From the sequence record DRR378314_1835: DNA of 20,000 nt; one strand, written 5' to 3'. Each line of letters starts with the position of its first letter. Position 1 is the first letter of the stretch. Position numbers and translations under genes: made by a program. The notes beneath the pieces are model-generated. The model saw only the letters and a program-made list of their open reading frames with translations. It did not search any database and was not told the origin of the DNA. Below are positions 7,176 to 15,325 of the stretch, one piece after another.

Positions 7176-9257
7176 ATGAAAACTATTTTTACTATGCTGA
7201 TATTACTATTTTTGGTGACCCCTGGTGCTGCAAGCACAGCTGCTGACGAACTTGAAGTGCAAGTAGGTAACAAACTGTTTTTGTATATACCGGGTGAGGT
7301 TGAATTTGATGGCTTATTTGAGGTAGATAAAAATGGCCAAATCAATATCCCTGAAATTGGAAAATTTAACGTAGCTAATAAAACGAATGCACAAATAGAA
7401 TCTGAATTAAAGCCGCTGTTAACAGAGCTATATGTTGCAATTGATGATTTTTATGTGGAGGTGCGTAGCCGCGATATTTTTATTAACGTGTTAGGTTATG
7501 TCATTAACCCATCTCAAGTTAGTATTCCAGATGACGGCAACATTCAAATGGTTATTGCAAAAGCCGATGGCTTAAAGCCGGGTGCTCAGCTTGATAGGCT
7601 ACAGATAAGACGTGGCGATGAGGTCATTGAATTTAACTACAAGGCCTACCTAGACACAGGCAATATTAGCCTATTACCCCCACTTAAAAGTGAAGATACC
7701 GTGTTTGTGCCTGTCTCTCCTTTGTTAGGTAATGTGCAAATAGATTTTGATGCACAAACGCTCAGTGCCACTGGGGATGCCAGCGACAAAAGCGCCATCA
7801 CTATTTTAGGTGAAGTACACAACCCAGGTAGTTTTTCATTCAAAGAAAAAATGACAATTTTAGATGCGCTAATGCGTGCAGAAGGGGTGACGCGTTACGC
7901 TGACGTGACCAAAATAAGAGTCATTTTAAATGAAACCCCTGTCATATTTGATTTAAAAGCTTATCTTGATAAACCAGTTAATAGTATGCCTGAGCTAGAA
8001 GCAGGGTCGACTATTTACGTCCCCATTATGGTGGATGATGTCAATACTACCTCGCGTACAGTTTATATTATGGGAGAGGTGCAAAAACCTGGTGCCTATG
8101 AAGCGGCAGACAGTACTAATTTTTTAGATATTTTAGCTAATGCTGGCGGGCCTACACGGTTTGCTGAAACACGTTTAATTAAAATATTGACCCCTCAAGG
8201 CGAGAGTATTTTATTTGATTTACAAAGTTACAGTGAAGGCACACAAACAGTTAAGGTGCCTGATCTTAATCCAGGTGATGTCATATTTGTGCCTGAGAAA
8301 ACAGACGTTAATGAAAAAAGCTGGTTAAAAATCCCCACTAAACGAGCAATAAAAATCATTGGTGCTATTCAATCGCCAGGACGTTATGAGTGGAGCAATG
8401 AGATGGACTTTACCGATTTACTTGCGCATGCTGGTGGGCCAACCAAAGGGGCGAACATCAATGATATTAAAATAATTCGAGATGGTGAAGAAACCCAGCG
8501 TTTTGATTTAGAAAAATACACCATTACTGACGGGCAAACTTCTTTACCTGATTTGCATGCAGGCGACACCATTATTGTGGAAGAATTACCCGTTGATCCA
8601 GCTGATAATAAATCGCAATGGATACGCCAAGAGTCGAGTAAGTCAATCTACATTATGGGACAAGTGGGCTCTCCTGGGCGCTATGCGTTTAATGATAATA
8701 TGCACTTCATTGATATTCTGTCAGCTGCTGATGGGCCAAATGCAAATGCAGACATTAGAAATATCCGCGTAACACATCGTAATAGTAATCGTGCACGGGT
8801 AAGCAAGTTAGATTTAGCGCTTTATTTTGAAACAGGTGATGAAACATTATTTCCGCACGTGCAGCCTGGCGATACTATTTTTATCCCAGAAAAAAACAAA
8901 GACTGGTTGCGCACACCTAAAGAACGGGTTGTACGCATTATGGGCGCGGTACAAAAGCCAGGGCGGTATAACTTTGACGATACCATGTCTATTCTTGATG
9001 TATTGGCGGAAGCTGGTGGGCCACTGAATTCAGCGTTAATTGATAAAATTGTTGTCGTTAATCATTCATGTTGTAAAGAGCAGTCGAGGGTTTTTGATTT
9101 AGAGGCGTTTATTAAGTCACCTAATTCAGCAAATATTCCTGTATTGCGTGCCGGCGACACGCTTTATGTGCCAGATAAAGGGCAGGATTTACTCAGTCAA
9201 TTTAAAGACAATTTCCTCGACTTTATTACTATTATTGCGCTAGTGGTGGGCTTATGA
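7176..9257 (+). CDS. sypC: Polysaccharide export (OPX/Wza-like) protein with six SLBB repeats, SypC-like
   Basis: Signal peptide, Poly_export motif (VDKNGQINIPEIG), six I/V-x-(I/V)-x-G-x-V-x-x-P(G) beta-grasp repeats, C-terminal helix. Start moved to ATG 7176 (RBS AAGGAG). Confidence 0.88.
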   Translation: MKTIFTMLILLFLVTPGAASTAADELEVQVGNKLFLYIPGEVEFDGLFEVDKNGQINIPEIGKFNVANKTNAQIESELKPLLTELYVAIDDFYVEVRSRDIFINVLGYVINPSQVSIPDDGNIQMVIAKADGLKPGAQLDRLQIRRGDEVIEFNYKAYLDTGNISLLPPLKSEDTVFVPVSPLLGNVQIDFDAQTLSATGDASDKSAITILGEVHNPGSFSFKEKMTILDALMRAEGVTRYADVTKIRVILNETPVIFDLKAYLDKPVNSMPELEAGSTIYVPIMVDDVNTTSRTVYIMGEVQKPGAYEAADSTNFLDILANAGGPTRFAETRLIKILTPQGESILFDLQSYSEGTQTVKVPDLNPGDVIFVPEKTDVNEKSWLKIPTKRAIKIIGAIQSPGRYEWSNEMDFTDLLAHAGGPTKGANINDIKIIRDGEETQRFDLEKYTITDGQTSLPDLHAGDTIIVEELPVDPADNKSQWIRQESSKSIYIMGQVGSPGRYAFNDNMHFIDILSAADGPNANADIRNIRVTHRNSNRARVSKLDLALYFETGDETLFPHVQPGDTIFIPEKNKDWLRTPKERVVRIMGAVQKPGRYNFDDTMSILDVLAEAGGPLNSALIDKIVVVNHSCCKEQSRVFDLEAFIKSPNSANIPVLRAGDTLYVPDKGQDLLSQFKDNFLDFITIIALVVGL

Positions 9258-9958
9258 AAATTATACCAGAGCAGTACCATGAGTTAGAAACAATCTGTAA
9301 TACTATTAAAGATAGTGATGCGCGGTGTGTCACGTTTATTTCATTACATGGTGCAGAAGGGTCATCTAGTGCCTGTATAAGCGTTGCAAGGCGTTTACAA
9401 AGCCAAAATCAATCAGTGTTAATTATTGACCTTAATCCAATAAGCTCATTTAACATTGATGAGCATTTACCAAGCTTAACGAATGAGTGGCGATTTGATG
9501 ATATTTCATGCCAGCTCAGTGTATTACCTTACAAAGAAGTTAATATACTAACGATAAAAAACTTATCGGCTATTGAATCAGCAAAAAATAAGCATGTTTT
9601 GAATGAGGCAATTATCCGTTTAAAGCAAGAATATGATTATATCTTGTTAGATATGTCACCGGCTTTAAAGCTTAATCGTAACAATGTTCCCTTGCACTCA
9701 CTAAGTTTGTGTAGCGATTTAACGTTGGTTACTGTTGGGTTGGGTATCAACGATGAAGAGTCATTGTGTGAAGGTGTTCGGGAATTAAAACAGGCAGGAC
9801 ATAGCAATATAAAAATGTTAGTTAGCCAACATGATTTTGCCCCCTTAGGTGAAAGAGTCTTGCTCTTTTTAGAGAGTAAAGCTCAGAAGTGGCCGAAAGT
9901 GTGTCGGCTATTAAGTAACAAAATACATAAACAGAAATGGCTGTTTAAGCATTACTGA
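9254..9958 (+). CDS. sypD: Wzc/CpsD-like P-loop domain protein with degenerate Walker A, SypD-like
   Basis: TFISLHGAEGSSS (Walker A-like, no Lys), VLIIDLN, YDYILLDMSP; ATGA overlap with sypC. Confidence 0.75.
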   Translation: MKIIPEQYHELETICNTIKDSDARCVTFISLHGAEGSSSACISVARRLQSQNQSVLIIDLNPISSFNIDEHLPSLTNEWRFDDISCQLSVLPYKEVNILTIKNLSAIESAKNKHVLNEAIIRLKQEYDYILLDMSPALKLNRNNVPLHSLSLCSDLTLVTVGLGINDEESLCEGVRELKQAGHSNIKMLVSQHDFAPLGERVLLFLESKAQKWPKVCRLLSNKIHKQKWLFKHY

Positions 9959-9966
9959 GGGGCTGC

Positions 9967-11427
9967 ATGGATATTTTATTTGAACGACGTTTTGAATTAC
10001 TTTGGCCAACATTAACTGAAATTCGCCAAGTACTTAAACATGTATTAGGGGCATTGTCTGTTAAGCGTGATGAAGCTGATGCAGCCGGATTGGTTGCAAC
10101 GGAATATTTAACTAATCTTATTCGCCATAATGAGGGAAGTGAGCAGTGGATCACTGTGCGCATAAGTCAAATAAGCAGTGATTCGTATCACTTAACTTTT
10201 ATCGATGAACTAAAACCCTATAACCTATTTGAAAAAAATAACTCCACTTGGAAAATAGACTCTGAAGAGCTGGTGGAGGGAGGAATGGGGGTTGAATTGA
10301 TTCGCCACTATTTCGCTGACGCCTCATATGAAACAATTGAGTTAAAAAACTTTTTTACATTTCCTTTAACTCAGATTGATAAGCGACCTTGCGTTATCTA
10401 TGTTGATGACGATGTAACTCAGCTTGCACTGATGAAAGCCTATTTAAAAGACAAGTTTCAAGTTATTACATGTGAAAATATCGAGGCCGGTTGGCAAGCT
10501 ATTCTAACGTCGGATGCAAGTATTCTGTTATTGGATCATAAGCTCAAAAATGGCACTTGTGAGCCGCTATTGGCGAAGCTAAATCGTTCGAACCTTAAGT
10601 CCCAATTATCTGTTGTTATGCTTACGGGTGATGACAGTGAAGAGGTGATCAGTAAAATTAACCGTTTAGGTGTTGATGATTACTTAATTAAACCCGTAAA
10701 GAAAAACAAACTATTACAAAGTATTGAGCGTGTTACACATCGATTTGCCTACTTGTCATACCAAAGCACGTTTGGTCAGGCTCCAGCAAAGGTCCACCTT
10801 GCAAATAAAAAAACTGCGCATATTTTTGGCTCAATTAGCGTTGGCAATGGCGGCGATTTTTTTATGCCAATCAATGATGAAGGCAGTGCGTTTATACTCG
10901 GTGACATGATGGGGCACGGGTTACAAGCTTTGAAAGAAAGCTTTGCAATTAAAGGTTTTATAAGTGGATTTTTAGCAACAGGACTCGCTTACCAAGATAT
11001 GCTGAGTGCATTAAATGATGCACTTTACAAGCAACAACTATGTAAATCGAGCCTAGTGACCTTGGTTATTTGCTTCTTAAAAGACAACAAACTGTATTGG
11101 TTAAATGCAGGTCATCCAGCTCCAGTGGTAATTTATAAAGATGGCACTGTTTTACAGCTTACAGGTACCGGTCCGTTACTCGGTCTTTCAAAAGAGCATA
11201 CTTATACACTTTATGAAGCTGAGTTAGAAAATGTAGAGCACCTTTTGGTGTATACCGATGGTTGGACCGAGAATCGATGTGCTGATATGAATGAAATTGC
11301 TGAACTAAAAAAAATAATACCCCCTCACCAGGACTCTGCTGAGGAGTTTGCTCATTTATTATGGAAAAATTCACAAGTAATCCTTTCTAAAGAAGTAGAT
11401 GATGCATCGTTGGTGATCATTAATTGA
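9967..11427 (+). CDS. sypE: Tripartite partner-switching regulator: RsbW-type Ser kinase - receiver - PP2C/SpoIIE phosphatase, SypE-like
   Basis: TEYLTNLIRH and EGGMGV (HATPase), YVDDD/LLLD/MLTG/IKP (REC), GGDFF, GDMMGHG, NAGHP, YTDG, DDASL (PP2C). Confidence 0.88.
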   Translation: MDILFERRFELLWPTLTEIRQVLKHVLGALSVKRDEADAAGLVATEYLTNLIRHNEGSEQWITVRISQISSDSYHLTFIDELKPYNLFEKNNSTWKIDSEELVEGGMGVELIRHYFADASYETIELKNFFTFPLTQIDKRPCVIYVDDDVTQLALMKAYLKDKFQVITCENIEAGWQAILTSDASILLLDHKLKNGTCEPLLAKLNRSNLKSQLSVVMLTGDDSEEVISKINRLGVDDYLIKPVKKNKLLQSIERVTHRFAYLSYQSTFGQAPAKVHLANKKTAHIFGSISVGNGGDFFMPINDEGSAFILGDMMGHGLQALKESFAIKGFISGFLATGLAYQDMLSALNDALYKQQLCKSSLVTLVICFLKDNKLYWLNAGHPAPVVIYKDGTVLQLTGTGPLLGLSKEHTYTLYEAELENVEHLLVYTDGWTENRCADMNEIAELKKIIPPHQDSAEEFAHLLWKNSQVILSKEVDDASLVIIN

Positions 11428-11520
11428 ATTTGATTTAATGTGTTTTATATAGTTAACTTAAATTGCGCTAGGCGAATAATAATTAAAGTAATTTTAGTGG
11501 ATAGCTAAGGGGAAAGGATA

Positions 11521-12927
11521 ATGCCACCAACAATTTTAATTGTAGAAGATACCCAGTCGTTAGCTATGATGTACCAAGCCTATTTACTCCCTACAGGTGT
11601 CAACACCTTGCTTGCTAATGACGGGGCAACTGCTTTAGAAATCATAGATCGCGTCAAGCCTGACTTAATCGTGCTAGATGTTATGCTTCCTGATATGAAT
11701 GGTTTGGATATACTCGCTCAATTAGAACCCGAAAACTCTCCACAAGTGGTTGTTTTAACTGGCCACGCCACTAAAGAAATGGCAATCCAAGCAATAAAAT
11801 TGGGGGCGAGTGACTTTTTAGAAAAGCCTGTTGAAGCAGATCGCTTTAGAATAACAATAAATAATGCTCTCAAAATTAAAGACCTAAAACAAAAAGTTAC
11901 CACATACAAAAACACATATGAAAATGGTCGTTATTTTGATTTGATTGGTAGCTCAAAACAAATGCAGTCTGTTTATCAAATCATCAGCTCTGCATCTGTG
12001 AGTAAAGCGACGGTGTTTATTACTGGCGAAAGCGGCACAGGGAAAGAGTTGTGCGCACGTGCTGTCCATCAAGCATCTAGCAGAGCTAGTAAGCCATTTG
12101 TGGCATTAAATTGTGCCGCAATACCTAAAGATTTGATAGAAAGCGAAATATTTGGTCATCTAAAGGGGGCATTTACAGGAGCTATTGCAAATCGTGCTGG
12201 TGCTGCAGGTCAAGCTGATGGTGGAACACTCTTTTTAGATGAGTTGTGTGAAATGGATATCAATCTGCAAAGCAAGTTGCTGCGTTTTATCCAAACGGGA
12301 ACCTATCAGTTAGTGGGTAGCGAAAAAGAGGTTAAAGTTGACGTGCGTTTTGTGTGTGCGACAAATCGAGATCCTTTAGCTGAAGTTGAGGCGGGACGAT
12401 TTAGGGAAGATTTGTATTATCGATTACATGTGATCCCTATCGAACTTCCTCCTTTACGCGAGCGTGAAGGCGATATTATTGAAATAGCTGAGGCCTTGTT
12501 TGTAAAAATAGCGAAAGAAGAGAGCCACCCATTTAAGTCTATGACAATGGATGTAAAGCACGCTTTTAGCCAATATGATTGGCCGGGTAATGTTAGGCAG
12601 TTAGAGAACGTAATTCGAAATATATTAGTACTCAATCCACAAGAAATAATTGATGTAAATATGCTTCCAGTTCTTCCAAATAGCAACATTAAAACACCGT
12701 TGCCAATTGAGAAAAAAGAACCTGAAAACCGTGTTTCTGTAGAAGATTTAACGGCATTACCTTCAGATGAAGCTGGGGTGAAGGCGCTTTGGCTGGCTGA
12801 GAAAGAATACATAGAAAGAGTAATCGATATTTGTGCCAGTAATATTCCTAAAGCCGCGGCACTATTAGATGTGAGCCCCTCTACTCTTTACAGAAAAATT
12901 AAAGGGTGGGAGGAAAGTGCTACTTAG
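11521..12927 (+). CDS. luxO: Sigma54-dependent response regulator (REC-AAA+-Fis HTH) of the LuxO/SypG family
   Basis: Asp53 receiver; GESGTGKE, GAFTGA, FLDELCEM (LuxO/SypG-type), WPGNVRQL; HTH NIPKAAALLDVSPSTLYRK close to LuxO as I recall it. Occupies the sypG position, so orthology is uncertain. Confidence 0.85.
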   Translation: MPPTILIVEDTQSLAMMYQAYLLPTGVNTLLANDGATALEIIDRVKPDLIVLDVMLPDMNGLDILAQLEPENSPQVVVLTGHATKEMAIQAIKLGASDFLEKPVEADRFRITINNALKIKDLKQKVTTYKNTYENGRYFDLIGSSKQMQSVYQIISSASVSKATVFITGESGTGKELCARAVHQASSRASKPFVALNCAAIPKDLIESEIFGHLKGAFTGAIANRAGAAGQADGGTLFLDELCEMDINLQSKLLRFIQTGTYQLVGSEKEVKVDVRFVCATNRDPLAEVEAGRFREDLYYRLHVIPIELPPLREREGDIIEIAEALFVKIAKEESHPFKSMTMDVKHAFSQYDWPGNVRQLENVIRNILVLNPQEIIDVNMLPVLPNSNIKTPLPIEKKEPENRVSVEDLTALPSDEAGVKALWLAEKEYIERVIDICASNIPKAAALLDVSPSTLYRKIKGWEESAT

Positions 12928-13934
12928 TTAGGCGCATTGTAAGCATCAAGCAATATTGAAAATTGTTGTTTGCCGGAAAACCTTTGCGTAAGGACTGAGT
13001 AAGCATTTTGTATCATTATTTTTTTACTTTCAGGATGCAGCGTTAGCAGTGTTTCAATGCATTGTTGGCATTCTTTTTCATGTCCTTTATTCATTAATAG
13101 TCCGTTAGTTTTATTGATAATACTTGGTATTTCGCCAACGGGGCTGCTAATTACTAGTTTATTCTTGGACATTGCTTCAAGTAGTGTCATTGGCAAGCCT
13201 TCCTCTCGAGAGCAGATGAGTAACACATCTATGTTATGCCAAATTTCATCTCGTTTAGCTAATCCGTAATACTGTAAGTTACTTATTTTTGGAATATCTT
13301 TTTTCATTGGGCCATCACCAAAAAGATGAAAGCTCACATTAGGGTTGTTCTTCATATTGTTTGCTAGTGAAAAGAAAATATCAGGTGCTTTTTCGTAAGA
13401 TAGTCGCCCCACAAACCCGACTCTAATATGACTATGAGTTTCGATAGGGGGAACTTCTTTAGGCATATCTATAAAATTTTCAAGTAATGTTGCATTATGA
13501 ATTGTTTTTTTAATTTTACGTGAAACTGCGAAATTAGTAGAAAGTATTGATAGCCACACGTCTAGCTTGTTATAAAACCACATTTTTCCTTTGCCAGCCT
13601 CGCCAGCATGATAGGTGCTAATACAACGTCGCCCCATTATTTTGCAAGCTATACGGCCTAAAATACCCGCTTTATAGCCATGCGTATGGATGACCGTATG
13701 TTTATCATACTGAGTGAATTGATTTATCAAGCTACTGAGTGTACCTTGAATGAAGGAATACTCTACGCTCTCTTTATCAAGCAGTGTATAAAATTCATGA
13801 TTGTGATGATTTTTATAAAATAATACAGAGCAGCTAACATGATTATTTTTTAGTAGCTTAAATAGTTCTACTATATGGGTTTCAATGCCGCCGATCATGG
13901 ATGAGTCGACAAATAAAACAACCTGACATTTCAT
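12924..13934 (-). CDS. Glycosyltransferase family 4, SypH-like
   Basis: IGGIETH, HTHGYK, FVGRLSYEK, EGLPMTLLEAM motifs; RBS AGGAG on the minus strand. Confidence 0.88.
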   Translation of the reverse strand: MKCQVVLFVDSSMIGGIETHIVELFKLLKNNHVSCSVLFYKNHHNHEFYTLLDKESVEYSFIQGTLSSLINQFTQYDKHTVIHTHGYKAGILGRIACKIMGRRCISTYHAGEAGKGKMWFYNKLDVWLSILSTNFAVSRKIKKTIHNATLLENFIDMPKEVPPIETHSHIRVGFVGRLSYEKAPDIFFSLANNMKNNPNVSFHLFGDGPMKKDIPKISNLQYYGLAKRDEIWHNIDVLLICSREEGLPMTLLEAMSKNKLVISSPVGEIPSIINKTNGLLMNKGHEKECQQCIETLLTLHPESKKIMIQNAYSVLTQRFSGKQQFSILLDAYNAPN

Positions 13935-13955
13935 ACTTAACTCCTAAAGAACAAT

Positions 13956-14288
13956 ATGATTGATAATTCCATAATAGAACAACTTAAATCTGATGTGGGT
14001 GAAATTTTAGCCATCGAACTAATCCACGTTTTTGTTGATGAATCGCAAAAGTTAGTCGCAGAGATGGTTCACTCATCTGATGCTAAAACAATAGAAATAA
14101 ACGCGCACAGTTTAAAGAGTAGTTGCAACAGCTTTGGTGCTACCCAATTAGCGCAAACGTGTTTGCAAATTGAAAAAACTGTTAACCAAGAGGGTGTAAG
14201 CTCCCAGTTACAACAACTTTTAAAAGTAGCGGAGTCCCAAAGCGAGCTCACCTTTAAGCAACTTGCGTTGGTAATCAAAAATCCTTAA
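13956..14288 (+). CDS. luxU: Stand-alone histidine phosphotransfer (Hpt) protein, LuxU-like
   Basis: 110 aa; AHSLKSSCNSFGA motif (His51), matching the H-x-LKSS-xx-x-FGA Hpt signature. Confidence 0.85.
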   Translation: MIDNSIIEQLKSDVGEILAIELIHVFVDESQKLVAEMVHSSDAKTIEINAHSLKSSCNSFGATQLAQTCLQIEKTVNQEGVSSQLQQLLKVAESQSELTFKQLALVIKNP

Positions 14289-15157
14289 ACAAGAGGGCTT
14301 TCATCTATTGAGCTTTTTAAAAAAGTACAAAATATATGATTTAGCTCGCTAATATCGTGCAAGTGGTTTGAGTGATTTTTAAAATGTGAATTACTAGCTA
14401 AAATTTCAGAAATAGCCGAAGGTGAGATACTTAAATCGTATATTTTGCTACCGAGCTGCTCTTGCAGCCAATCAATTCCAGCACTTTGAATATGCTTCAT
14501 AACACTGTTTTCTTCAGCTGTGTTTTCAATAAAGACCCGGCACGCAGATGTTTTTTCAACGGCTCGAAGTATATCGTCGATTAACAACGCGGGCATCACG
14601 CTAGATATAATACTGCCGGGCCCAATAATAACTAAATCAGCATTTAAAATAGCATCGACACACCCAGGCGATGCAGCCACTTTATTAGATAAATAGATTT
14701 TATCGGGAAGAGAATTTAACGCATCAATGGCGCATTCACCAAAAACCTCTTCACCATTGCTTAAAATAGCGACGAGGTCTGTTGGTGATTCAGTCATCGG
14801 TAATACTGTCTCAGAGTTACCTAAAAGCTTATTGAATTTTGCAATTGCTGCTGTTGCAGAATGTGATGCTTGTAGCATGTTTAACAGGACTAAATTGCCT
14901 AAGCAGTGGCCTTTTAAATCACCAGTGGTAAATCTATGCTCATAAATTTTCCTCGTAACGGCTGAGTCATCAGCAAGTTGAACACTGCAGCGCCTTATAT
15001 CTCCAAGTGCAATACAGTTATGTAATTGCCTAATTTTTCCCGTGCTTCCACCATTGTCGGTAGTCGCAACAATAGCTGTTAATTGATTACACACTGGCTT
15101 TATTGCACTTAAAACTTGTGCGAGTCCGTGACCACCACCAATACATACTATATTCAT
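14285..15157 (-). CDS. yvcK: YvcK/GlmR (YbhK, CofD-related) family UDP-sugar-binding protein
   Basis: IGGGHGL, TTDNGGSTG, GDIRR, GHCLGNL, IGPGS motifs; start moved to ATG 15157 (RBS AAGGGG). Confidence 0.9.
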   Translation of the reverse strand: MNIVCIGGGHGLAQVLSAIKPVCNQLTAIVATTDNGGSTGKIRQLHNCIALGDIRRCSVQLADDSAVTRKIYEHRFTTGDLKGHCLGNLVLLNMLQASHSATAAIAKFNKLLGNSETVLPMTESPTDLVAILSNGEEVFGECAIDALNSLPDKIYLSNKVAASPGCVDAILNADLVIIGPGSIISSVMPALLIDDILRAVEKTSACRVFIENTAEENSVMKHIQSAGIDWLQEQLGSKIYDLSISPSAISEILASNSHFKNHSNHLHDISELNHIFCTFLKSSIDESPLV

Positions 15158-15191
15158 GCACTTGCCCCTTCGCTTGCTTATACTGTTAGTA

Positions 15192-15207
15192 AGCAGTAAT
15201 CGTTCCA
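15192..15207 (-). promoter_or_regulatory. Candidate sigma54 promoter for yvcK
   Basis: Minus strand TGGAAC-GATTA-CTGCT, GG-N10-GC, 34 bp before the yvcK start codon. Confidence 0.6.
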
Positions 15208-15221
15208 CCTTAAAACATTTA

Positions 15222-15302
15222 TTAACTCAATGATTTATATTGAATTTTGTTCTATATTTAATTGGGATGGAATCGACGGTTGCAAATATTTGCATAACGC
15301 GA
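15222..15302. promoter_or_regulatory. Candidate IHF site and activator box upstream of the yvcK sigma54 promoter
   Basis: IHF-like AATCATTGAGTTA (minus strand, about 15223-15235); perfect palindrome TGCAAATATTTGCA (15281-15294) overlapping TTGCATAACGCGA (15290-15302), which resembles the sypA boxes. Confidence 0.45.
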
Positions 15303-15325
15303 TGCATTTTAAACGGAGAGCATTC

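Noticed and set aside
7480-9180. Recurring sequence similarity inside sypC as a possible DNA repeat array
   Set aside because: Explained by degenerate protein-level SLBB repeats; no identical spaced repeats, so not CRISPR or a tandem array.
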